Below are positions 1 through 8,990 of a DNA stretch of 37,262 bases, one piece after another. The position numbers and the translations under genes are program-made. The stretch spans positions 1 to 37,262 of the IMG/VR virus record IMGVR_UViG_3300038334_000121. One strand, given 5' to 3'. How positions within the stretch are numbered: position 1 is the first letter of the stretch; every line of letters begins with the position of its first letter. Source of the DNA: a virus (Duplodnaviria > Caudoviricetes). The notes under the pieces were generated by a model. The model was not told the DNA's origin and made no database searches. It saw nothing but the letters and a program-made list of their open reading frames with translations.

Positions 1-459
1 TCAAATACTGTCCTTGATAAATTTAGGTAGTAATGTTTTTACTCCAAAGAACTCATAGATTTTGTGATGAGTAAAACCAATCGCATCAATCTCGATCGAT
101 TGATTTAAATAATCATGATCATCAACTTCATTATTCTTTCCAGTAGGACGAATATAATTCAACGTTTCATATTCCCATTTATCTAGAGTATCTTTTGACT
201 CTAATGTCCTAGTTCTTATACAATATCCTTGATATGCATGTCTTGTTTCATGAAAGGCAGTAACTATAACCTCAATCCATTGAGATTTCGCAATCCATTC
301 TTCATTGAATATAATTTCGTCAGATTCGAACAGATACATACCGGTAATCTCATTATTAGATACTTCTGAGGGGTCAAAGAAGCTGATGTGCGGTACAGGT
401 ATATTTAATATTTTAGCTATAATTTTTACGCCATTAATTGCTACTTCGTGATTATTCAT
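1..459 (-). CDS. Putative zinc metallopeptidase-fold protein (HExxH)
   Basis: FHETRH motif with a downstream EIDA third-ligand-like motif. ATG at 459 preferred over TTG at 471; TGA stop at 1-3. Confidence 0.6.
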   Translation of the reverse strand: MNNHEVAINGVKIIAKILNIPVPHISFFDPSEVSNNEITGMYLFESDEIIFNEEWIAKSQWIEVIVTAFHETRHAYQGYCIRTRTLESKDTLDKWEYETLNYIRPTGKNNEVDDHDYLNQSIEIDAIGFTHHKIYEFFGVKTLLPKFIKDSI

Positions 460-517
460 TATGCCATCCAACTTTCACTTACTAAAATTATATGCTATCT
501 AGATTTTGGAACTCACA

Positions 518-739
518 TTAATCACTGTATTTATTGAACAACGCTAGACAGGCACCTTCAATTGCTCCACCAATGATAGTTGGAATAATTAAAAAGAGAA
601 TAATCCACACAAGAGCTGGTAACGGTGCAGATAATATTTTGAGTGGTTCATAAAACTCTGTTAGAATTGGCAATAAGAAAATTGCTGTAATAATCTCGCC
701 GATAATGAATGCCAGGAGTACAAATAATGCTTTATTCAC
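518..739 (-). CDS. Small membrane protein (about 2 TM helices)
   Basis: 73 aa, strongly hydrophobic; GTG start after a GGGGAG RBS; extended -10 TGTTATAAT at 778-786. Confidence 0.7.
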   Translation of the reverse strand: MNKALFVLLAFIIGEIITAIFLLPILTEFYEPLKILSAPLPALVWIILFLIIPTIIGGAIEGACLALFNKYSD

Positions 740-800
740 GATTTTACTCCCCCAGTCTAGTAAATTTGTATAGTTTAATTATAACATCACACTTAATAGA

Positions 801-849
801 ATAAAAATAAAAAATGACCATACCCGATTGAAGAATAAGGTATGGTCAT
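801..849 (-). terminator. Intrinsic terminator ending the late operon
   Basis: 11-bp perfect stem ATGACCATACC (814-824) / GGTATGGTCAT (839-849), followed by a U-rich tract on the minus strand. Confidence 0.8.
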
Positions 850-852
850 ATA

Positions 853-1338
853 CTACTTTTTAAGTTGTTCTTGAATGATTTTCTCAGCTGCAGATAAAGT
901 CGCTCTTCCCTGCATCTTGTTACTGAAGGAAATGTAGTCATCAATGATTGCTTCAATCTTTGATTGATTGGTCTCTACAAACGTTACAGCTTTCTCGGTT
1001 GAACCCGTGAGATTGCTAACCCACTCGCTTAATCTAGATATGACAGCGAGCTTTTTGTCATCACCGACAAGATAGGCTTCACCCTTTTCTTTTGCGAGCC
1101 TATTCTTTTCTTCGACAATCATGATGAATTCTTTGATGGTTTTCTGTACACTTTCATCAAAGACGATATCTTTAGCTTTGCTTACTAAGTCAGACACATT
1201 CTCTGCAGTGTTTTTGAGATCTTGCTTCACCTCTTTGATCACATCATTCAATGATTGATCTTTCCCTAGTTTAGATGTCACATACAGTGCCAAAAGTAAT
1301 AGAGATGTGATGAGTAGAATGATTTCAAGTGTTGTCAT
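853..1338 (-). CDS. N-terminally membrane-anchored phage protein (lysis-position, holin-like candidate)
   Basis: One N-terminal TM helix and a helical remainder; last gene of the late operon. Confidence 0.55.
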   Translation of the reverse strand: MTTLEIILLITSLLLLALYVTSKLGKDQSLNDVIKEVKQDLKNTAENVSDLVSKAKDIVFDESVQKTIKEFIMIVEEKNRLAKEKGEAYLVGDDKKLAVISRLSEWVSNLTGSTEKAVTFVETNQSKIEAIIDDYISFSNKMQGRATLSAAEKIIQEQLKK

Positions 1339-1651
1339 TTTCTTTGCCTCCTAAGCGTTTATAGATATTGACTTGTGAATCTTCAAGTCTGGATACACGA
1401 TGTTCCAAGACATTGACATCTTTCTTTAACGATTTGATATCTTGTGCATGCATTTCTAATAGATTAAGCATTTTGATGTTTTGCTTCTCTATAGTTTGAA
1501 GATTGACAAGAATCTCATCGTTATTCGTTTTGTTTTTCTGTTCTTGACGATTGAACTGCTTGATCGTTGTCATAATCACAACCACCATTGTTACAATCCA
1601 ATACACCAAGTTTTCCATTCTAAATAGACTGAGTAAGTTATCCCAGTTCAT
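1325..1651 (-). CDS. Single-TM coiled-coil protein (holin/XhlA-like candidate)
   Basis: TM segment LVYWIVTMVVVIM then a heptad coiled coil ending RVSRLE; located where lysis genes usually lie. Confidence 0.55.
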   Translation of the reverse strand: MNWDNLLSLFRMENLVYWIVTMVVVIMTTIKQFNRQEQKNKTNNDEILVNLQTIEKQNIKMLNLLEMHAQDIKSLKKDVNVLEHRVSRLEDSQVNIYKRLGGKENDNT

Positions 1652-2306
1652 TGCTAATCACCCGATCTTTGTATTTTTCTATGTAGGTAAGTGCTTCTCT
1701 CAACAACAGTATGTATTCTAAGCCTTTGCTATTGTTCCAGTTCTTTTTATAGTCAATCATGTACGTGTACCATGGCTCATGAACAACATGCCTATATTTT
1801 CCTGATTCATCCACATGATCCAAAATACCTCGAACTCTAAAAATGTGATAATGGGACTTCTGTGGTTCTGGGTAGTCGATTCGCATTTTATAATGTTCTA
1901 CAAAACTGTCCAGAAACAATCCAAGCTTACTGGTTAAATCGATATTTTTGTATGCTTCATACTCGTCTCGGTAGTTTTCATCCAAGTAAATCAGGTTGTC
2001 CTTTTCAGACAGAACCTCATCGATATAAGCACGATCATAGAGCGGGACTGATGGATCTAGATTTTGCTTCTTGAGATAGATATCCCTGCCATAGGCAAAC
2101 ACATCCAGAGTTCCTAAACTTAAATGTACATTCCCTTTGAATCCATCAAGTACTACGGTTACATCATCATCGCTGTTCTCATCGTTTATTCCAAAGGCTA
2201 AGGAACCACAGTAATAGATGAACATCACTGTGGTATTTGGAAATATCCCTTGAATAATTTCAAGGATACTTTCGTTAGATTGGATCTTCTGTTTCACTTG
2301 GAGCAT
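1638..2306 (-). CDS. Pol-beta superfamily nucleotidyltransferase-like protein
   Basis: YCGSLAFGINDENSDDDVTVV matches hG[GS]x9-13DxD, with a third Asp in LDVF. Start uncertain. Confidence 0.75.
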   Translation of the reverse strand: MLQVKQKIQSNESILEIIQGIFPNTTVMFIYYCGSLAFGINDENSDDDVTVVLDGFKGNVHLSLGTLDVFAYGRDIYLKKQNLDPSVPLYDRAYIDEVLSEKDNLIYLDENYRDEYEAYKNIDLTSKLGLFLDSFVEHYKMRIDYPEPQKSHYHIFRVRGILDHVDESGKYRHVVHEPWYTYMIDYKKNWNNSKGLEYILLLREALTYIEKYKDRVISNELG

Positions 2307-2610
2307 TGACTATGGGTTCAACCACTTCAAAATCGTCGATGGAATCGTCAAATCCGACCACGTTTTCTTTTAGCCATAGATAACCTTGTTTGATAGGATT
2401 TGTGTTTTGAAACTGAGTGAAATCTGAGGTAGGAATCTCAATATCGATTTCTTCAAGTGGTGCACTTTGGTTAGCTCGTACCTCTTTAGATAGATAGGAA
2501 GCGACACAGATGACTGCTTTTTTTACTACGTAGTTGATGTTGAATGCTGTAATTCGGTGATAGGATAGTGAGATGCCAAACTTTGATTGCATGTCTTTTA
2601 TGATTGCCAT
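2275..2610 (-). CDS. Phage protein downstream of tail fibre genes (possible fibre chaperone)
   Basis: 111-aa ORF tightly packed in the tail operon. Confidence 0.6.
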   Translation of the reverse strand: MAIIKDMQSKFGISLSYHRITAFNINYVVKKAVICVASYLSKEVRANQSAPLEEIDIEIPTSDFTQFQNTNPIKQGYLWLKENVVGFDDSIDDFEVVEPIVNAPSETEDPI

Positions 2611-2617
2611 AATATGC

Positions 2618-3298
2618 CTACTTTCTTAACGTGCGATAAATCGTCACAGAGATTAAATCAGGAGAGCCAAGATTAAGTCCTGGATTGATGTATAGATTAC
2701 CGATAGTTCCATTAATGGTATGTGCAAAATCGACCATCGTTATTGTTGCATTTCCTTGGCCAGTTACTGAAGTAATGGCTTTTCCGTATGCTAGCCATTG
2801 TTGTGTGTCATTTAGTGAGAGTGCAAATGTAGGTGACAACTCGAAATCAATCACCTTTGAAATACCGCTTGTGAGTGTAACACCAGAGGAATGAACATCC
2901 GGAATCGTAAAGGATGAAGTGTTTCTTGCAGAGGTCTTTGTGATAGAACTAACAACATCGTTTGAATAGGTAGCTACATAAGAACCGATGAGATTGGATA
3001 GTCCCGAAGTACGGTAATAAATAAGTGTCGATGATGAATCAACCGATGTACCTTGAGTCGTTGCCACCACATGAACCTTATAGATAAATGCCGGATCAAA
3101 CACCAATGAAGCACTGCACGTATACGCAATGCCTTCATAAGCATAGACTAGTTCAAGCTCACCACCCACCTTCACCACAGACGTTGAATTTCGGGCATAG
3201 AGCGCATTGTTTGAGTAGTCGAAGGCTAATTCCCCTACATAGGAAAGGTTCGCTGTCGAGGGCTTTGTGGTGCCACGTTTCACCCGAAGAATTGCCAT
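2618..3298 (-). CDS. Tail fibre / receptor-binding protein with Mtd-N-like N-terminus
   Basis: N-terminal ILRVKRG...GELAFD...LY motif followed by a beta-rich S/T domain. Confidence 0.65.
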   Translation of the reverse strand: MAILRVKRGTTKPSTANLSYVGELAFDYSNNALYARNSTSVVKVGGELELVYAYEGIAYTCSASLVFDPAFIYKVHVVATTQGTSVDSSSTLIYYRTSGLSNLIGSYVATYSNDVVSSITKTSARNTSSFTIPDVHSSGVTLTSGISKVIDFELSPTFALSLNDTQQWLAYGKAITSVTGQGNATITMVDFAHTINGTIGNLYINPGLNLGSPDLISVTIYRTLRK

Positions 3299-4149
3299 TA
3301 GTATGTTCCGCCATCAATGATGGATGAAGGTTGTAAAACTTTCGTGGTATCAATACCGATTTGGTATTTCACAACACTCGGTGTGTAGTTCGAATCTACT
3401 ACTTGATACACTTTAATCGCATCAGGAATAACTGCTGCATCAAACCCTGCAAGCGTTCCTAATGATTCAGAACCAGTGCCATCAAAAATTCGGGTGTTGA
3501 GCACATTAGCAAGGATATTCTTTTGAGTTGTTGTCAAGTGAACGTCAGCTGCAACGTGGGCATTATAGGTAGTGGTTGACACACCACCAAGTCCAGCGAG
3601 TGTGACTGTAACAGCTCCGGTAGATCCGTTGACACTGGTTACTGAGTCCGTAGGTGTTAAGAGTTCTTGCCAGTTTGCTAATGTTGCATAGCCAGTGGTT
3701 TTAAGAATAAAGGATTTGTTGATGTCAGTTCTAACTGCCACATCCCCTTCTTGAGCATTGGATAAAGCTAACATTGCAGCTTGGCTTGCTACGACCCAAG
3801 TGTTCGTAATCGCGACTTTTGGAATCACTGAGTCAGAGAGTTTTCCATCAGCATCAAGAATTGGAATGTTTCCATTGCCTGTGCCTGTGTTTTTGGTTGC
3901 GGCTGTTCCTAAACCTAAAGCAGTGATCTTAGTGTCAATTTGGGTATCAACTTTAGCTACTCCAGGTATTTTTAAATAATCCGCTTCTGCTAAAGGTACA
4001 CTCACACTTGCTGTTTTATCAGCCTTTGCAATGTATAAATGCTCACCACTAAAATCGACTAGTGGTTCACCAGCTTTAACCGTTCCTGTTGTTCCAACGA
4101 GCGGACCAGTACCTGCTGTGGTTCTTCGTTTAATTTGAATTGTTGCCAT
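3298..4149 (-). CDS. Tail fibre protein
   Basis: IQIKR...GEP N-terminus; fibre motifs IPILDADGKL and VTSVNGSTGAV; C-terminal IIDGGTY. Confidence 0.7.
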   Translation of the reverse strand: MATIQIKRRTTAGTGPLVGTTGTVKAGEPLVDFSGEHLYIAKADKTASVSVPLAEADYLKIPGVAKVDTQIDTKITALGLGTAATKNTGTGNGNIPILDADGKLSDSVIPKVAITNTWVVASQAAMLALSNAQEGDVAVRTDINKSFILKTTGYATLANWQELLTPTDSVTSVNGSTGAVTVTLAGLGGVSTTTYNAHVAADVHLTTTQKNILANVLNTRIFDGTGSESLGTLAGFDAAVIPDAIKVYQVVDSNYTPSVVKYQIGIDTTKVLQPSSIIDGGTY

Positions 4150-4161
4150 AGTATTTCCTCC

Positions 4162-4938
4162 TTATTTTTTGAGATACGCTTGTGTCACTCGATGAGATGT
4201 ATTTCCCAAAGACAAAGTGACAAGTCCATTTGCATAAGATATGCTGAGTGAATAATCCGCTCCTCCATACCGATAGATGAGTGATGAGTTTGAACCCACA
4301 ACGATAAACAGCTGATTGGTTGGTAAACTTACAATGGTTGTGTTTTCAATCACAACATAGAGAATGCTTTCCATTAAAATTGCTGAGTTAACATCACCAA
4401 ATCGGAAAACACCGTTACTTATCTTGGTTAATCCAAGTTGTTGTGGATAATAGTAATCTTTCAACTTTGATTCAAGTTCCTCCACTCTTATCCGATCCGA
4501 AGTGATCATCTGCCTTTCAAACTCGTTTATAAGGTTAACTGAAGTGGTTGTTTTTGAATAAGCAGCTAATGCGTACTCATATAACCCTTCAGTATTTTGA
4601 AGGTTGGTTTGTGAAAGCACAGGATAAGTACCAACCGCCTCTTTAATGTAAATACTTACTGTATTTGCTTGAGTATCTACACCAAGTACAACATACCCAT
4701 ACTTACTTGAATCCGGTGTTACAGATACAGTAGTTTGATTTTCAATATAGATGATTCGTCCATATACTGCGACATAGCCATCTAAAAATGTAATCGTGTT
4801 ATTGGCTAACGTAAAACTGCACTGTGATTTCACGTATTTCAAAATACCTATATCACTTGAAAATAAAAAATGATACAAATCCGCATCAATTTTTGATGTG
4901 ACGTTTGCACCATCAAAGGTTACTTTTTGAATTCCCAT
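4162..4938 (-). CDS. Baseplate / minor tail protein
   Basis: Position after the Tal-like gene; beta-rich sequence. Confidence 0.6.
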   Translation of the reverse strand: MGIQKVTFDGANVTSKIDADLYHFLFSSDIGILKYVKSQCSFTLANNTITFLDGYVAVYGRIIYIENQTTVSVTPDSSKYGYVVLGVDTQANTVSIYIKEAVGTYPVLSQTNLQNTEGLYEYALAAYSKTTTSVNLINEFERQMITSDRIRVEELESKLKDYYYPQQLGLTKISNGVFRFGDVNSAILMESILYVVIENTTIVSLPTNQLFIVVGSNSSLIYRYGGADYSLSISYANGLVTLSLGNTSHRVTQAYLKK

Positions 4939-6063
4939 TTAGAATTCACCTCCATCGAGATCCGTGATCCCTGTTGTTTGTATTGAGACATGGCCTGCAG
5001 CTGAGTTCACACTCTTATTCAATAGCTGAATCTTCTCGGTCAGTTTGATTCGATATTCACCAAGCGTCATGGTTGCTTGATGAAATCCATTGTTAAATTT
5101 GATACTGGTGACCACCGAATCATAGATTTGATCATTGTTCATGAACTCGATGAAGTCACCTAGTTCGATGTTTTTCATCGGTTGTATGACATCATTATCG
5201 GTTCTAATCGTAAATGTGATATTATGGTCTAGTTTCGATGTGATCATCTCTGATCTGGCTTTAGTTAGTAGAGATGGATAATCACTATCCGTATAAAAGG
5301 ATGCTTTTGGTTTGACACTCTGATACCGATTCAGATGGTTGATATCCTGAGTTAACTCACCATTTCTTAATAAAAAATACTCGATGGTTGATTTAAATAA
5401 GACATTTTCACTCTTTGGATAATAGGTGAGTTTATTCACCATTTGACTGGAGCTATCATTGACAACTAAGTCCTGAATAGCTTGATAATTATTCTTAAGT
5501 TTGATTCCACGCTGCACTTCACTGATTCGAAAGATGATGCCAGTCACTCTTCCTCTTAAGTACACTGCTTCAGAGGTTAATCTTAGCCCATACGATTTAG
5601 TGATAAGCTCCATGAGTGATGCCAATGACATAATCTTATCTGCTTCGAAGGAGAGTTCACCTTGAGCACTTGCATCTCGTTGTATGGAAAGGTAACTCAA
5701 ATTCTGTAATGCATCTTCGCTTTCCTTAAAATGACTTAATAAAATATTTTCAAGGTATAACCCCAAGTCACCTATAAAACTTTGAACTGGAATGTCTATT
5801 GAAAACATTTCTTTAAAATCAAGCACATGAATTGATGTTCGGTGTTTGTCTGCTACTTCTAATCGTTCAACAATACCGATGTAGTGAATCGGTGCGTCCT
5901 TTAGGATGACAATATCTCCAATAGATGCATTGAGCTTTGTTTTATTTACTATGAAGGTTGATTTTTGAATGATGACTAGATCAAGTATGATTTCAAAATC
6001 CTTATCAACATACCCATAGTCTTTATAGGCAAGGTTTAGTCTATCGAGGAATACAAGTTGCAT
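4939..6063 (-). CDS. Baseplate hub / Tal-like tail tip protein (no lysin domain)
   Basis: Follows Dit; typical C-terminal IELGD...VTSI...TLGE motif; ends in DLDGGEF. Confidence 0.7.
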   Translation of the reverse strand: MQLVFLDRLNLAYKDYGYVDKDFEIILDLVIIQKSTFIVNKTKLNASIGDIVILKDAPIHYIGIVERLEVADKHRTSIHVLDFKEMFSIDIPVQSFIGDLGLYLENILLSHFKESEDALQNLSYLSIQRDASAQGELSFEADKIMSLASLMELITKSYGLRLTSEAVYLRGRVTGIIFRISEVQRGIKLKNNYQAIQDLVVNDSSSQMVNKLTYYPKSENVLFKSTIEYFLLRNGELTQDINHLNRYQSVKPKASFYTDSDYPSLLTKARSEMITSKLDHNITFTIRTDNDVIQPMKNIELGDFIEFMNNDQIYDSVVTSIKFNNGFHQATMTLGEYRIKLTEKIQLLNKSVNSAAGHVSIQTTGITDLDGGEF

Positions 6064-6065
6064 AA

Positions 6066-6893
6066 CTATACCCCCAGATACCCTTCAAGTAATGTGATGC
6101 GACACGTGGTAGGACTTGCGACTCCTGGTTTGAATTCCACTTCGTACTCTCCTGGTTCAACAAAGAGAAAATTGTCGCAAGTAAAATCCTGTGAGCCATA
6201 GATGGATAGGATCTCACCGTTATCAATTTGACGAATGTATTGCTTATTCGGGATAGCCGAGATGTGTATTTCCCCGTTTAATTGCGTGTGATAAAGTCTA
6301 AGCATCGTAATCACAGTACTGTTTTTTCTGATAATAATCTCTGGGTCACTTACCGCACCCATGATTTCAATTAAAAGAGGTGCCTTTTGGACACCCCTGT
6401 TGATGATTTGAATTTTGCCTTCAAAGAAAGCTGAATACTGATAAGGATAACTGTATGCATATCGTTTTCCAACAGTATCTTCATTAACATTAACTGTATA
6501 GAGTTGATTCTTTAACCATAAAGATAACTTCTGAAAGATAATCTGGCTTTGTAATGTTCCAGCGACAAGCTCCTGTTTAGATATCGATTTGATATCTACA
6601 AAACAAAAAGCAGAATCATCCGCTTCATAGTACAGTTTGAGCTCTTTTTCTCCAAGTTTGAGATAGTTCATCAATTCGGTGTATCCTGGGTATCCTTTGA
6701 GAAATGTTAGGGTTGCTTGAATCTCCGTTGGTCCTTGAGTCTGATCAACACGATCATAAAATGTTTCATACTTAAGGTAAGTCATTTCTTGTGAAAAACC
6801 AAGTCCACTTATCGCATGGATTAAGCAACCGCTGCGGTAATCAAAATAAAACTTATTTCCAGATGGATTTTCAAGATAGATTTTTCGAATCAT
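6066..6893 (-). CDS. Distal tail protein (Dit)
   Basis: Directly after the tape measure gene (ATGA overlap); NRG..AP and FLFVEPGEYEV motifs. Confidence 0.8.
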   Translation of the reverse strand: MIRKIYLENPSGNKFYFDYRSGCLIHAISGLGFSQEMTYLKYETFYDRVDQTQGPTEIQATLTFLKGYPGYTELMNYLKLGEKELKLYYEADDSAFCFVDIKSISKQELVAGTLQSQIIFQKLSLWLKNQLYTVNVNEDTVGKRYAYSYPYQYSAFFEGKIQIINRGVQKAPLLIEIMGAVSDPEIIIRKNSTVITMLRLYHTQLNGEIHISAIPNKQYIRQIDNGEILSIYGSQDFTCDNFLFVEPGEYEVEFKPGVASPTTCRITLLEGYLGV

Positions 6894-8902
6894 ATTACAC
6901 TACCTCCAAGAGCTCTGTTGATGGAATCGATATCGAATGTTGGTGATGTGGTATTGATAGTGATGTTGTTCGTATTCGTGTTTGAGCGATTTACGTTACT
7001 AGTTGAACTTACACTTTGAGTTTGCTTTAAGTTAAACTTGTCGCCAAACCAACTGCCTATCTTTCCGAAGAATCCACCAACTTTATCTGCAGCATTCCCG
7101 ACAAAATCACCCACACCTTTTGCCATGTTTGATGCGAACTCACCAATGTTTCCCGTAATGCTTCCAACCATATCGCCAAAGTTACCTGCGATATCACCCA
7201 TCTTTGAACCTAAGTCGCCAATCCACTCGAATATTTGAGTTAAAAATTCGACAATCTTTTGAACCACTGCCATGACAGGTTCTAGTACTTTTTGAAGTAC
7301 TTTGATAGCCGGAACTAAAATGGCTTGGAGCACTTTCCCAATAATTTCAATCAGTGGTGCAAACATCTCTAACAATTCTGCAATGAACTTGATTTGAGTC
7401 ATTAGTGGCACCAATAATACTTCAATAATGGGAACTAACATTTCAACAAGCATGATGATTAAATCGATCAAGACATCAAGAATCGGTGTTAGTGCAGTCA
7501 TTAGACTATCCACGATCGTCATGATCGGTGGCAACAACAGCATTAAGGTTTCACCAAGTCTAGCTAGTAATGCTCGAAACTCTTCGCTTTGAAATAATGC
7601 CATAGCAATAATCGCTATGAGTGCACCAATACCAAGCGTAGCAAAGTTAAGTCCAGCACCAGCAAATAAACCTGAAGTTCCAACTGCCTTTAATGCGGTC
7701 GAGACTATATTTAAAATTGGTCCTACTTTTCCGATGATGGAAAGTACTGGACCTATCGCGGTTATCACCGCACCAAGTGTGAGGATGATTTGTTTTGTTC
7801 CTGTATCAAGATTACTCCATTTCTCAGTCCAACTTTTAATCGTTGGAATGATTTCATCTCTAACTTTTTGAAGCATAGCTTGCATAATCGGTAACACTTG
7901 AACAGAAATATCCATGGCAAGACTACCGAGTGCTTGTTTGGTTTGATCGACGGTATCGTTGAACTCCCCAGATATTGAAGCTTGTTCATTGGTTATAATG
8001 CCAAGTTCTCTGACTTCTTGTCTGAGTGAGTTAACTGCAGATTCTTCTTGAGATAGCATCGGTAGTATTTCCGTACCTATCTTATCTCCAAAAAACTCAT
8101 TAGCTATACCCACGCGTAGTGCTTCATCTTCAACGCCAGAGAGTGCATTGCGAATTAAATTGAACGCTTGATCAGCATTGAGTCCTTTAAGATCCTCAAC
8201 AGTTAGCCCTATTTGTGCAAGACTCTCCGATACCTTATCACCGTTACCAGTTGCGATATCGCCAAGAATTCCATTGACCTTAATAAAGGCCTTATTTAGG
8301 CTTTCTGTCGAACTTCCAGAGATCTTCGCAACGTAGTTCCACTCTTGTAAACTCTCGGCGCTAAGACCAAGTTTAGCGGCTGTATCGGCAATTTCATCGG
8401 CTGTGTTTGCAGTCTTTACAGCAAGTACACCAAGTGCAGAAATCGCACTTAGAACTGGTACAGTTACTGACTTAGTAAATGTTGAACCTAACTTTCCAAT
8501 CTTCTCAAAGTTTGCATTGGATAAGTCGGAGATTTTACCCCTGGTATTTTGGAGTTCTTTATTGAGCTTAGATACCTCTGCTTCTGTGTAGGAAACATTA
8601 CGAGCAAGTTTGTTGAACTCAGTTTCACTCATTTCACCAAGTTTAACTGCTTGTTTTGCTTTATCAAGTTCTTGATTCTGCGTTTCGAGTTTCTTTTTTG
8701 TCGTTTGAAGAATATCATTAAGCTTAGATTGTTTTTGCTTCCAGAGTTCAACATTTGAGCTATCATACTTAAGTTTGGCATTGATGGCTTTGAGATCTTT
8801 TTGTTGTTCTTTGAGATCTGATTGAATTTCTTTAAGTTCATTCTCTAAATCTCTACCATCAAGACTTAATTTAATGTTTAACCCTTTGACTGTTTCTGCC
8901 AT
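6890..8902 (-). CDS. Tail tape measure protein
   Basis: VKGLNIKL N-terminus, coiled coil, and a hydrophobic Pro-periodic repeat region; GGAGGTG RBS. Confidence 0.92.
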   Translation of the reverse strand: MAETVKGLNIKLSLDGRDLENELKEIQSDLKEQQKDLKAINAKLKYDSSNVELWKQKQSKLNDILQTTKKKLETQNQELDKAKQAVKLGEMSETEFNKLARNVSYTEAEVSKLNKELQNTRGKISDLSNANFEKIGKLGSTFTKSVTVPVLSAISALGVLAVKTANTADEIADTAAKLGLSAESLQEWNYVAKISGSSTESLNKAFIKVNGILGDIATGNGDKVSESLAQIGLTVEDLKGLNADQAFNLIRNALSGVEDEALRVGIANEFFGDKIGTEILPMLSQEESAVNSLRQEVRELGIITNEQASISGEFNDTVDQTKQALGSLAMDISVQVLPIMQAMLQKVRDEIIPTIKSWTEKWSNLDTGTKQIILTLGAVITAIGPVLSIIGKVGPILNIVSTALKAVGTSGLFAGAGLNFATLGIGALIAIIAMALFQSEEFRALLARLGETLMLLLPPIMTIVDSLMTALTPILDVLIDLIIMLVEMLVPIIEVLLVPLMTQIKFIAELLEMFAPLIEIIGKVLQAILVPAIKVLQKVLEPVMAVVQKIVEFLTQIFEWIGDLGSKMGDIAGNFGDMVGSITGNIGEFASNMAKGVGDFVGNAADKVGGFFGKIGSWFGDKFNLKQTQSVSSTSNVNRSNTNTNNITINTTSPTFDIDSINRALGGSVI

Positions 8903-8929
8903 CTTTACTCACCTCCATTTACTGCAAAT

Positions 8930-8956
8930 AAAAAGCACTTCGATCTCTCGATGTGC
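8930..8956 (-). terminator. Probable intrinsic terminator of the inserted gene, just upstream of the tape measure gene
   Basis: Minus strand reads GCACATCGA-GAGA-TCGAAGTGC-TTTTT. Confidence 0.55.
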
Positions 8957-8990
8957 ATAAATTAATGTATACAGTCACCAAACTCTATCT

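Noticed and set aside
1-852. attL/attR boundary at the left end
   Set aside because: No matching sequence is visible, and serine recombinase att sites share too little identity to call by eye.
2618-4149. Diversity-generating retroelement suggested by Mtd-N-like fibre domains
   Set aside because: No reverse transcriptase and no template/variable repeat pair seen in the window.
7230-7560. Periodic repeats in the tape measure gene as a separate DNA element
   Set aside because: They are ordinary protein-level amphipathic repeats of tape measure proteins.
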